The notes under the pieces are model-generated. The model was given only the letters and a program-made list of their open reading frames with translations. It did not search any database and was not told the origin of the DNA. This document shows, piece by piece, positions 9,343 through 17,797 of a stretch of 51,131 nucleotides of DNA. Made by a program: the position numbers and the translations under genes. The first letter of the stretch is position 1. Every line of letters starts with the position of its first letter. The DNA is from an uncultured Alphaproteobacteria bacterium (GTDB lineage Bacteria > Pseudomonadota > Alphaproteobacteria > RF32 > CAG-239): the NCBI GenBank assembly GCA_947167235.1, contig CAMVHF010000003.1, positions 1-51,131 of the forward strand. The letters run 5' to 3'.

Positions 9343-10680
9343 TTATTTTCCGATACAGAAGCTACTGAAAATTTTATCAAGAATTTCATCTACCTCTACG
9401 CGTCCGGTAATCTTTCCGATCGCCCGACAAGCTAATCTGATATCTTCGGCTGAGAGTTCAATCTCCTTTTGCAAGTTAAAGCGTTGCAGATTTTCCACAC
9501 ATTCAAACAAAGCATCTTTATAACGGCGACGCGTTATAATTTGGGATGAACTTTTATCAAATAATTCACTGAAATACTTTGATAAAGTTGAAGTTATTGC
9601 ATCAATATTTTGGCTTTGTTTGGCACAAATGAGTAAACACCCATCTTTTTGCAGTTGTTTTTTTGTTTCATCGGACAGTTTATCAGCCTTATTTGCCACC
9701 AACACATAATTGTTGCTATTTAAATACGGTGTAAACATATCCGGTTTATCAACTGATGCGTCGAACAAGAAAATATTAAAATCAGCTTGAGCAATTTTCT
9801 CTTTAGCCAGCTCAATACCTATTTTTTCGATTTGATCATCAGATTCGCGTAAACCTGCCGTATCAGAAAAAATAACGGGATATCCGTCAATATCGACATA
9901 GGCCTCTATAACATCACGCGTTGTACCGGCAATATCTGAAACAATTGCAACATTCCGTTTAACAATGGCATTTATCAAGCTGGATTTTCCGGCATTGGTA
10001 GGACCGGAAATAACTACTTTGAAGCCGTCACGCAATCTTTCTTCAACATTGTTATTTAAAAGATGTTTTTCTATTTCCTCAACAAGGTTTGCGACATCAT
10101 TTTCGATTTTAAATACAGTGTTTTGAGGAATATTTTCATCCGGAAAATCAATAAATGCTTCGATATATGATAAAATATTAACCAATTGATTGCGCCACTT
10201 ATCATACAGGTTGAGCAGTGTTCCGCCCATTTGTTGCAGAGCAACTTTGCGCTGTAAAGCCGTTTCTGCTTCTATTAAATCGGCAAGTCCGTCTGCCTCG
10301 GTTAAATCCATTTTACCGTTATAGAATGCCCGACGCGAATATTCCCCCGGTTCAGCCATTCTGAAGTCCGGCAATTTTGACAAAGCATCCGTTATAGCGT
10401 GGATAACCGCTTTTGAGCCATGGCAATTAATCTCAACCGTATTTTCGCCGGTAAAAGAATTAGGCGCCTTAAAACCAACCACCAAGCAATTATCCAATGT
10501 TTCACGTGAAACAGGATCAAGTATCGGCGTAAAATACATCTGACGATATTTAAGAGCCGTTATATCAAGATCGGTCATTTTTTCGATAACCGAATAAGCA
10601 TTTCTGCCGGACACACGAATCACGGCAATTCCCGACTTACCAAAAATGGTTGAAAGAGCATATATTGTTTTATCGTCCAT
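9343..10680 (-). CDS. mnmE: tRNA modification GTPase MnmE (TrmE)
   Basis: PNSFTGE, HGS, GPTNAGKSS, AGTTRD, DTAGLR, NKAD, C-terminal FSSFCIGK. Confidence 0.98.
   Translation of the reverse strand: MDDKTIYALSTIFGKSGIAVIRVSGRNAYSVIEKMTDLDITALKYRQMYFTPILDPVSRETLDNCLVVGFKAPNSFTGENTVEINCHGSKAVIHAITDALSKLPDFRMAEPGEYSRRAFYNGKMDLTEADGLADLIEAETALQRKVALQQMGGTLLNLYDKWRNQLVNILSYIEAFIDFPDENIPQNTVFKIENDVANLVEEIEKHLLNNNVEERLRDGFKVVISGPTNAGKSSLINAIVKRNVAIVSDIAGTTRDVIEAYVDIDGYPVIFSDTAGLRESDDQIEKIGIELAKEKIAQADFNIFLFDASVDKPDMFTPYLNSNNYVLVANKADKLSDETKKQLQKDGCLLICAKQSQNIDAITSTLSKYFSELFDKSSSQIITRRRYKDALFECVENLQRFNLQKEIELSAEDIRLACRAIGKITGRVEVDEILDKIFSSFCIGK
10498..10513. promoter_or_regulatory. parS centromere site (inside mnmE)
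   Basis: Perfect TGTTTCACGTGAAACA. Confidence 0.9.
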
Positions 10681-10812
10681 AAAATTTTCCTAAAAAGCAA
10701 AATCAATTCTAAGCCGTTTTTTTGCCTCGTAGAGAGATTTTTAAAATTTTATGATAGATTTATCATTTTTAAACGAAATAGCGTTTCAGTGAGACTCTGA
10801 CGGGCTTGATTT

Positions 10813-12846
10813 TTAACGAGATAAAGAACGCTTCATTGTCATTATTTGATTAATTCTTGTCTGCCTTGTATCTGCATGACCTTGTGAAGCATTTTGATTA
10901 CCTCGTTGCTGAGTCGTATCTTGTGTACGATCATTTGTCAGCTGTCTGAATCGACGTAACTCGCTTTCCGGAATACCTTGGATATTTTCGATTCCGGATA
11001 AATCTCTCGGTACGGCACCGACCGGTCTACGTCCGTTATTAATACAAGCAACGTATAATGTCAATGCCTGTTCTTTCGTCAGTGTCTCTAAAAATTCAAT
11101 CGGTTTATTTTTGTTTGTCGGTTCTTGCAGCAGCTTATTATATAAATCATAATCGGCATTACGGCTGACTTCCACACGACGCGGCGAGGTATATCTTACG
11201 GTTGCATCATTAATTTTGAACTTATATTCTACATTATTTTTGGCAACTTCCTGATAGCCTTCTATATTTTTCCAATAAGCCTGTAAATTGTCGCTCCAAC
11301 CGGCTCGATCAGTCGGTATCGGCTCAGGTTCAGGTTCAGAAGGTGTCGGCGTCGGTGTCGGCGTCGGCGTCGGAGTCGGAGTTGGAGTCGGAGTCGGCGT
11401 CGGTTGAGGTCTGTTTTCGCTTTCATCCTCATACAACGAAGCTACTCTGAAATTATCAACCTGATTAATATAAGCTGACTGGCGGACTGCATCACGCATC
11501 AAAGCTTTTGCCTGTTCAATCAACTCCGGATTTATATCACCATTGGCCACTTGTGTCGCGGTATTATTGATATTAGCATTCATTGTTGTTTTCAAAGGCG
11601 TGATAATACTGCGATTAACTTCATTGGTGATTTCGACTTCAATATCCGGTGTAATGTATTGAGCTAAGTTTTTAGGCTCGGTACGACCGGTACGCGGATC
11701 ATATATCTCAAAATTGTAATACAATGAGCGTAATCTCTTAAACCAAGCTCTGTCCGTATCCGCTGCGGCTGTTGCCGGTTGATCATTAACAACATCTGCT
11801 GTTGTCTGCGGAAATTGCGTAACGTCATAATCATTTTTATGAGTTCCGGCAAATTGTTGCATCATTTCTTTAGTTAAAAGCGGTAGATTGGTTGCATAGG
11901 CTAAACGCTCGGCATCCGATGACATCGATTTTAAGCGGTTCATAAACGAATCGCACTCGGCATCAAACATACTGTAATCGTTAAAATTTCCGCCTTTCAG
12001 GTACTTGTTAATTGAATTGACAAGTTGCGACATATATGCGCTGCGCTCGTCTTCAACGCTTATACGATAACAGTCTTCAACCGACATACGTTTTGCATCG
12101 CTTTTTAAGCTTAAGCCATGGTAAAATACACCGTTTTTAATATGTTTAAGCTCATGCCCGACGGTATTATCCAAATGTTGCAAACGATCATACTCATCAG
12201 CGTAAACTTTGAACAAATTATAACTACGTCTGTCATGAATATTGTTGCGGGCATATTCATATATATCAAGAGACGGATCTGCGCTTTTAGCTGTGGCAAA
12301 GCCATGCACCATAGTTTGTAATTCGGCATATTCGGCCGGCGGAAATTGTAAGTGATTTCTTGAAAATTCAATTTTATTTTCGCCCTGATAAACCGTCGCC
12401 AATGTCTTTTGACGATTTCTGACAACATAGTTGTCACCGATACGCTCGACCTGACATAAATAATCTTTAGCCTCAAGTCTGTAACCGATGTTTTTAATCA
12501 TTTCCGGAACATCGGCATCCGATATTGTGCTGTTAAAATGGACTGTATTCGGCTGTGCGACATTAGGCGGATAGTTGCTTGAAGCCATATCGTTGCGATA
12601 ATTATGCGGATTCTTATGAAAGTGATAGCCGGTTATTTCTTTATTGATAAATTGAGTATTTCTTTGATCATAAGTAATACCGCTGCTGGTTGTTACACTG
12701 AAGCCGTTAGCATAATCGATATTACTGCACAACCGTTCACATTCATGTTTTAAACGTGCTTTTTCGGCAGCATTTGCATAATCAATGCTGAATGCCATAA
12801 CGTAATTATCTCTGGTTTTTACTAATATCGTTTCGTTTGCCATCAA
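10813..12846 (-). CDS. Hypothetical protein with HExxH zinc-metallopeptidase motif and Pro-Thr linker
   Basis: 677 aa; VGHELKH followed about 25 aa later by EDERSAY; (PT)n-PSEPEPEP linker; no signal peptide. Confidence 0.7.
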   Translation of the reverse strand: MMANETILVKTRDNYVMAFSIDYANAAEKARLKHECERLCSNIDYANGFSVTTSSGITYDQRNTQFINKEITGYHFHKNPHNYRNDMASSNYPPNVAQPNTVHFNSTISDADVPEMIKNIGYRLEAKDYLCQVERIGDNYVVRNRQKTLATVYQGENKIEFSRNHLQFPPAEYAELQTMVHGFATAKSADPSLDIYEYARNNIHDRRSYNLFKVYADEYDRLQHLDNTVGHELKHIKNGVFYHGLSLKSDAKRMSVEDCYRISVEDERSAYMSQLVNSINKYLKGGNFNDYSMFDAECDSFMNRLKSMSSDAERLAYATNLPLLTKEMMQQFAGTHKNDYDVTQFPQTTADVVNDQPATAAADTDRAWFKRLRSLYYNFEIYDPRTGRTEPKNLAQYITPDIEVEITNEVNRSIITPLKTTMNANINNTATQVANGDINPELIEQAKALMRDAVRQSAYINQVDNFRVASLYEDESENRPQPTPTPTPTPTPTPTPTPTPTPSEPEPEPIPTDRAGWSDNLQAYWKNIEGYQEVAKNNVEYKFKINDATVRYTSPRRVEVSRNADYDLYNKLLQEPTNKNKPIEFLETLTKEQALTLYVACINNGRRPVGAVPRDLSGIENIQGIPESELRRFRQLTNDRTQDTTQQRGNQNASQGHADTRQTRINQIMTMKRSLSR
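11322..11404 (-). repeat. Hexanucleotide tandem repeat encoding the (PT)n/(PE)n linker
   Basis: Degenerate GGNGTC/GGTTCA runs on the + strand; protein PQPTPTPTPT...PSEPEPEP. Confidence 0.85.
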
Positions 12847-12903
12847 AGTCTCCGTCTATTTGATGGTATTATAAATGATATTTGACAAAAAATCAACAAA
12901 TTT

Positions 12904-13473
12904 TTACTTAAAATTGATATTTTCGTTTTGACGCTGTGTTCTTTGCATAATCAGCTGATGTTCTTGGAATTTTTCATCCAGCTCGCGACGGACGCTTCTG
13001 AGCAAGCTTTCGTCTTTCGGTGCACGCTCGATGGCCTGAATAAGCGCATCACCGTTGCGGCCGTTTAACACGGTCATCATCATATTGCGCTCGGTTGCAT
13101 CCATAACCATATACAGATTTATTATAAGGTTATTCAAAAAAGTATTCCCTTCAAGCGGCGGACGATTGCCGTATTTATCTTCCAAAAATTCAGCAAACTT
13201 TTTGCGAAGAGCCTCTTGTTCACGCTTTTTACCGAGTTCAATTTCATTATGCTTCATAATGGCTTTCTGCCACAACTGCGAACGGTCATCAAGTGTTAAC
13301 CCTAAAGCTTTATACGAGCTTTTACGCTGTTCCGGATTTTTACAATCTTCGCAACGCAACGATATACCGTTGGTTGTTTGCAGCGCACGACGAAACAGCT
13401 CGCAAAATGTGCCTTTTGCCTTCAAAAACGGACAATATTCCGTGCATTTTTTTAATCTGTCATCGTCAGCCAT
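12904..13473 (-). CDS. Hypothetical protein with N-terminal Cys cluster
   Basis: 189 aa, GAGG RBS; CTEYCPF...FCELF...RCEDC may bind metal; helical C-terminal part. Confidence 0.65.
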   Translation of the reverse strand: MADDDRLKKCTEYCPFLKAKGTFCELFRRALQTTNGISLRCEDCKNPEQRKSSYKALGLTLDDRSQLWQKAIMKHNEIELGKKREQEALRKKFAEFLEDKYGNRPPLEGNTFLNNLIINLYMVMDATERNMMMTVLNGRNGDALIQAIERAPKDESLLRSVRRELDEKFQEHQLIMQRTQRQNENINFK

Positions 13474-13526
13474 TTTATTTCCTCAATAAGGCATTTTAGC
13501 CCGCAAATTAAATTTTTCAACAAAAA

Positions 13527-15353
13527 TTATTCGCTTTCGGTTGCTTGTTTTGAACGTTTACGAGCAATCGGATCCAAAATCTTCTTGCGCAATCGCAACG
13601 ATTTAGGCGTAACTTCAAGCAGTTCATCGGCCTGAATATATGCCAAAGCCTGTTCCAAACTCATTTTTCTCGGCGGAATCAAATCAATGGCTTCATCTTT
13701 ACCGGCGGCACGAATATTGGTCAATTGCTTAGATTTCGTCGGGTTAACCTCAATATCATTGTATTTATTGTGTTCACCTATAATCATACCTACATAAACA
13801 GGACTGTTATGCTCAACAAACATCGGACCGCGGTCTTGCAATTTCCACAAAGAGTAGGCGATAGCCTGACCGTCTTCGCTGGAAATCATTGCACCGTTAC
13901 GGCGATCTTCAATTTCACCCTTATACGGTTCAAAAGCATAGAAAATACGGTTCATAACACCAGTACCGCGCGTATCGGTCAAAAATTCGGAGTGATAACC
14001 GATCAAACCGCGTGACGGAGCATGGAATACCAAGCGAACTTTATTACCGATTTGCGACGGAATCATATCTATCATTTCGGCACGACGTTGGCCCAATTTT
14101 TCAACCACCGCACCGGAGAATTCTTCATCTACGTCGACAACAACTTCTTCGATCGGTTCCAAAAGTTGACCGTTTTCATCACGCTTCATAATCACGCGCG
14201 GACGCGAAATGGAAAGTTCAAAACCTTCACGGCGCATGGTTTCGATTAAAACGCCGAGCTGCAATTCACCGCGGCCGGCAACTTCAAAACTATCGGTATT
14301 ATCGGTGCGCGAGATTTTCAAAGCAATATTGCCTTCAGCCTCTTTTTCCAAACGGGACCAAATCACGCGTGAAGTCACTTTATCGCCTTCACGACCGGCC
14401 AACGGGGAATCATTAACCGAGAAAGTCATCACAAGGGTAGGGGGATCAATCGGCTGAGCTTTAATATAGTCTGTTACCGGCACATCAAGCGCACAAATCG
14501 TATCGGCAACCGTACCTTTGACAATACCGGCTACGGCAACGATATCTCCGGCATGAGCTTCGTTAAGTGCGGCACGATCCAAACCTTGATAAGCCATAAT
14601 TTTGGTAATTTTGGTACGTTCGACTTCACCGTCCTTATTGATAACTTTTACCGTGTCATTAACCTTGACACTGCCGCTTTGGATTTTGCCGGTTAAAATA
14701 CGACCGACAAATTTATCGGCTTCCAACGTGGTAGCGAGCATTCTGAACGGTTTATCCGGCTCACATACCGGCTCGCTGACATACGATAAAATGGTTTCAA
14801 ACAGCGGTGTTAAATCTTTATGTTCGTCTTCCAATTCACGAACAGCCCAACCGTTACGGCCGGAAGCATAGAGGGTAGGGAAGTCCAATTGTTCATCGGT
14901 CGCATTCAGGCTGACAAACAAATCAAAGATTTCGTTTAAAACTTCATCCGGACGGGCATCAGGTTTGTCGGCTTTATTGATAACGACAATCGGCTTTAAA
15001 CCGATTTTTAAGGCCTTACCCAACACAAACTTTGTTTGCGGCATCGGACCTTCGGAAGCATCAACCAACAACACAACGCCGTCAACCATAGATAAAATAC
15101 GTTCAACTTCACCGCCGAAATCAGCGTGTCCCGGCGTATCGACAATATTGATGTGGGTACCGTTCCAATCAACCGACGTGCATTTAGAGAGAATGGTAAT
15201 GCCGCGCTCACGTTCCAAATCATTGCTGTCCATTACACAATCGACAACTTTTTGGTTATCGCGGAAGGTTCCGCTTTGTCTTAACAAACCGTCTACCAGC
15301 GTGGTTTTGCCGTGGTCAACGTGGGCGATAATGGCAATATTTCTCATACTCAT
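13527..15353 (-). CDS. typA: Translational GTPase TypA/BipA
   Basis: [57 protein letters not shown]. Confidence 0.98.
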   Translation of the reverse strand: MSMRNIAIIAHVDHGKTTLVDGLLRQSGTFRDNQKVVDCVMDSNDLERERGITILSKCTSVDWNGTHINIVDTPGHADFGGEVERILSMVDGVVLLVDASEGPMPQTKFVLGKALKIGLKPIVVINKADKPDARPDEVLNEIFDLFVSLNATDEQLDFPTLYASGRNGWAVRELEDEHKDLTPLFETILSYVSEPVCEPDKPFRMLATTLEADKFVGRILTGKIQSGSVKVNDTVKVINKDGEVERTKITKIMAYQGLDRAALNEAHAGDIVAVAGIVKGTVADTICALDVPVTDYIKAQPIDPPTLVMTFSVNDSPLAGREGDKVTSRVIWSRLEKEAEGNIALKISRTDNTDSFEVAGRGELQLGVLIETMRREGFELSISRPRVIMKRDENGQLLEPIEEVVVDVDEEFSGAVVEKLGQRRAEMIDMIPSQIGNKVRLVFHAPSRGLIGYHSEFLTDTRGTGVMNRIFYAFEPYKGEIEDRRNGAMISSEDGQAIAYSLWKLQDRGPMFVEHNSPVYVGMIIGEHNKYNDIEVNPTKSKQLTNIRAAGKDEAIDLIPPRKMSLEQALAYIQADELLEVTPKSLRLRKKILDPIARKRSKQATESE

Positions 15354-15461
15354 CTTAAAATCCTCTATACATCAAACACTTAACGGCAATATTATGCCGT
15401 TTTAAAAATTCGCTTTAACATAGCGCATTTTTTTTAAATTTCAAGTTTTTTATCAGGAATT

Positions 15462-16835
15462 TTATAAGTAAAAGATGTTTTCTATCCGACGAATGTCTTG
15501 CGGAGCCACAAAAACCAATATTTTATCATCGGCTTTCAGCTCATATTTATCCAAATTAAATATCAATTCTTCATCTTTGTTTAAAACCGCTATTGCCGCA
15601 CTGTCTTTCGGCATATTCAGTTCTTTGATTTTATGCCCGATATTTACGCTGTCGGCGCCTAAATTAATTTCCCAGATTTCACCGACATCACTTGCCAAAG
15701 AATAAGCCTCATAGATACGCGCTTTACGCAGATAGCGTAATATCGCCGAAATTGTGATGGTTGAACGGTCAATAATAACATTATTTCTGATATTTAGCGC
15801 CAAACCGTTATAATTTTTGGAATTAACCAGTGAAAAAGCCTGTGCATCCTTGTTTTTGGAAGCCAGTAAAGATATCAAAAGATTGTCTTTATCTTTATCG
15901 GTGACGGCCACGCTGGCATCGGCCTCCGAAAAACCGGCATCTTGCAAAATAACGTCACTCATCATCTCACCGGCAATAACCGATACCGAATTCAGTTTTT
16001 CAGCAAATTTAGCGGCCTTTGCGGCATCCGGTTCAATAATACTGCAATTTTCAATATTATCCTTTTTTTCAATCGATGTCGCCAAATAATATGATGTCGC
16101 ATTAGCACCAAAAATAACAACTTTTTCATACGGATTATGGTCAACCCCGAACAAGCGCATAACTTCCAGATTTTTATCGGGCGCACAACATACAAAAATT
16201 AAATCATTGCGCTGTAAATACTCTTCATCTTCTATACTCGGAATAATACGGCGACCGCCACGCAAAATCAAAACAATCTGCGCCCCGAAATCTTCAAGCT
16301 TATGATTGATATGATTAAGCGAAAATTTCATAAACGGAATATCCGTATCCTGATGCTTAAATGCAAATATATTCACTAAGTTGTTCGAAAACGGATAAAC
16401 CGCCGTTGTTCCCGGTAAATTCAGTAAGTTCTCAATATATTTTCCGATTTCGACATCCGGCGTAATAACCAAATCAACCGGCAGACTTTTTTCATTATAC
16501 AACGTATTCCACAGCGGATTCAAAAAGTACTGCGAATCAACACGCGCAATTTTACGCGGTACATTAAACAAAGTGTAGGCAACCTGACAGGCAACCATAT
16601 TAATTTCATCGCTTTCGGTAACGGCAATCAGCATATCCATATTCTGCATACCGATATTTTCTTGCACATCAGGATGCGAAATTGAGCCTAATACCGGCTG
16701 AATATCATATTCTTTGGCAATTTCATCGAGTTTGGACGAATCTTCATCAACAACAATGATATCATTGTTACCCATACTTAAGTAACCGACAATGCTTTTC
16801 CCGACATTAGAAGCTCCACCAACAACAATTTTCAT
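15462..16835 (-). CDS. trkA: Trk potassium uptake NAD-binding regulatory subunit TrkA
   Basis: Two RCK-N/RCK-C repeats; start reassigned to MKIVVGG at 16835 (ATGA overlap with the dusB stop); AVTESDEINMVACQVAYTLFNVPRKIARV. Confidence 0.9.
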   Translation of the reverse strand: MKIVVGGASNVGKSIVGYLSMGNNDIIVVDEDSSKLDEIAKEYDIQPVLGSISHPDVQENIGMQNMDMLIAVTESDEINMVACQVAYTLFNVPRKIARVDSQYFLNPLWNTLYNEKSLPVDLVITPDVEIGKYIENLLNLPGTTAVYPFSNNLVNIFAFKHQDTDIPFMKFSLNHINHKLEDFGAQIVLILRGGRRIIPSIEDEEYLQRNDLIFVCCAPDKNLEVMRLFGVDHNPYEKVVIFGANATSYYLATSIEKKDNIENCSIIEPDAAKAAKFAEKLNSVSVIAGEMMSDVILQDAGFSEADASVAVTDKDKDNLLISLLASKNKDAQAFSLVNSKNYNGLALNIRNNVIIDRSTITISAILRYLRKARIYEAYSLASDVGEIWEINLGADSVNIGHKIKELNMPKDSAAIAVLNKDEELIFNLDKYELKADDKILVFVAPQDIRRIENIFYL

Positions 16836-17797
16836 ACTGCCACCTTCATAAAATATTCGTTTATCAACTGTTGCGCTTCCGGCAACGTATTGAGTTTTGT
16901 ATACTGCTCGCGAAACCTTTTCGCGTCGTATAAACTGCGGACATACCACCCGACAAATTTGCGTGATATGGCTATTCCGCCGCGCTCGCCATAATAATCA
17001 ATCAGTAAACTTATATGTTTTAACAACGTATCTCTGATTTGTAAAACAGTCGGTTCAGGTTTAGGTTCAAGGCCTTTCAAAAATCTGTCAACCCGATCCA
17101 GCAGCCACGGATTTCCAAGCATCGCCCGACCGATCATAACACCGTCGACGCCGCTGTATTTCATCATTTGCTCGGCTTTTTGAGGTGAATCTATATCCCC
17201 GTTACCGATAACCGGAATTTTAACCGCCTTTTTCACCTCGCGGATAATATCCCAATCGGCCGTACCGCTGTAACCTTGCGAGCGCGTCCGTCCGTGTACC
17301 GTTATATACGAAGCGCCGCTGTCTTCGCACATCTTGGCAAATTCCACTGCGTTAACATGCTCCATATCCCAACCTTTACGGAATTTAACACTGACTTTCA
17401 GCGGCGTTGCCTTTACCGTCGCTTTAATAATCTGCGCGGCCAAGGACAAATCCTTCATCAAAGCTGAACCGGAATTGTTATTGATAATTTTTTTAACCGG
17501 ACACCCCATATTGATATCAATGGATTTTGCCCCTAAATCAGCCACCAACTGCGCCGCATCGGCAAAAAGTTCCCGATTATTGCCGACAAGTTGTACAACC
17601 ACCGGATAAGGTTCGGATTTAACATTGGCTATTTGATAACTTTTCGGATTTTTGCGCTGGATAGCATTAACGGCCACCATTTCCGAAATCAGGTTACCTT
17701 CACCGCATTCGGCTAATATCGTCCGAAACGGGCAATCGGTAATACCGGCCATCGGCGCCATAAAAACTTTACTGTTAAAATCCAAAAATCCTTCCAT
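16832..17797 (-). CDS. dusB: tRNA-dihydrouridine synthase B (NifR3 family)
   Basis: MAPMAGITD, IDINMGCPVKK, VHGRTR, GNGDI, DGVMIGRA. Confidence 0.93.
   Translation of the reverse strand: MEGFLDFNSKVFMAPMAGITDCPFRTILAECGEGNLISEMVAVNAIQRKNPKSYQIANVKSEPYPVVVQLVGNNRELFADAAQLVADLGAKSIDINMGCPVKKIINNNSGSALMKDLSLAAQIIKATVKATPLKVSVKFRKGWDMEHVNAVEFAKMCEDSGASYITVHGRTRSQGYSGTADWDIIREVKKAVKIPVIGNGDIDSPQKAEQMMKYSGVDGVMIGRAMLGNPWLLDRVDRFLKGLEPKPEPTVLQIRDTLLKHISLLIDYYGERGGIAISRKFVGWYVRSLYDAKRFREQYTKLNTLPEAQQLINEYFMKVAV

Larger units (their letters stand above)
4935..10121 (+). repeat. Cluster of nine co-oriented 14-bp motifs TTTAAATACRSYGY
   Basis: Copies start at 4935, 6055, 6128, 7808, 8646, 9256, 9330, 9719 and 10108, all on the + strand; one further copy at 33184. 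Confidence 0.85.

Noticed and set aside
9203-10812. oriC within the mnmG/mnmE intergenic regions
   Set aside because: No cluster of DnaA boxes (TTATCCACA) or CtrA boxes seen; origin proximity is inferred only from parS.
16836-16949. N-terminal extension of TrkA in the ORF track
   Set aside because: Overlaps dusB; TrkA homology begins at MKIVVGG (16835).
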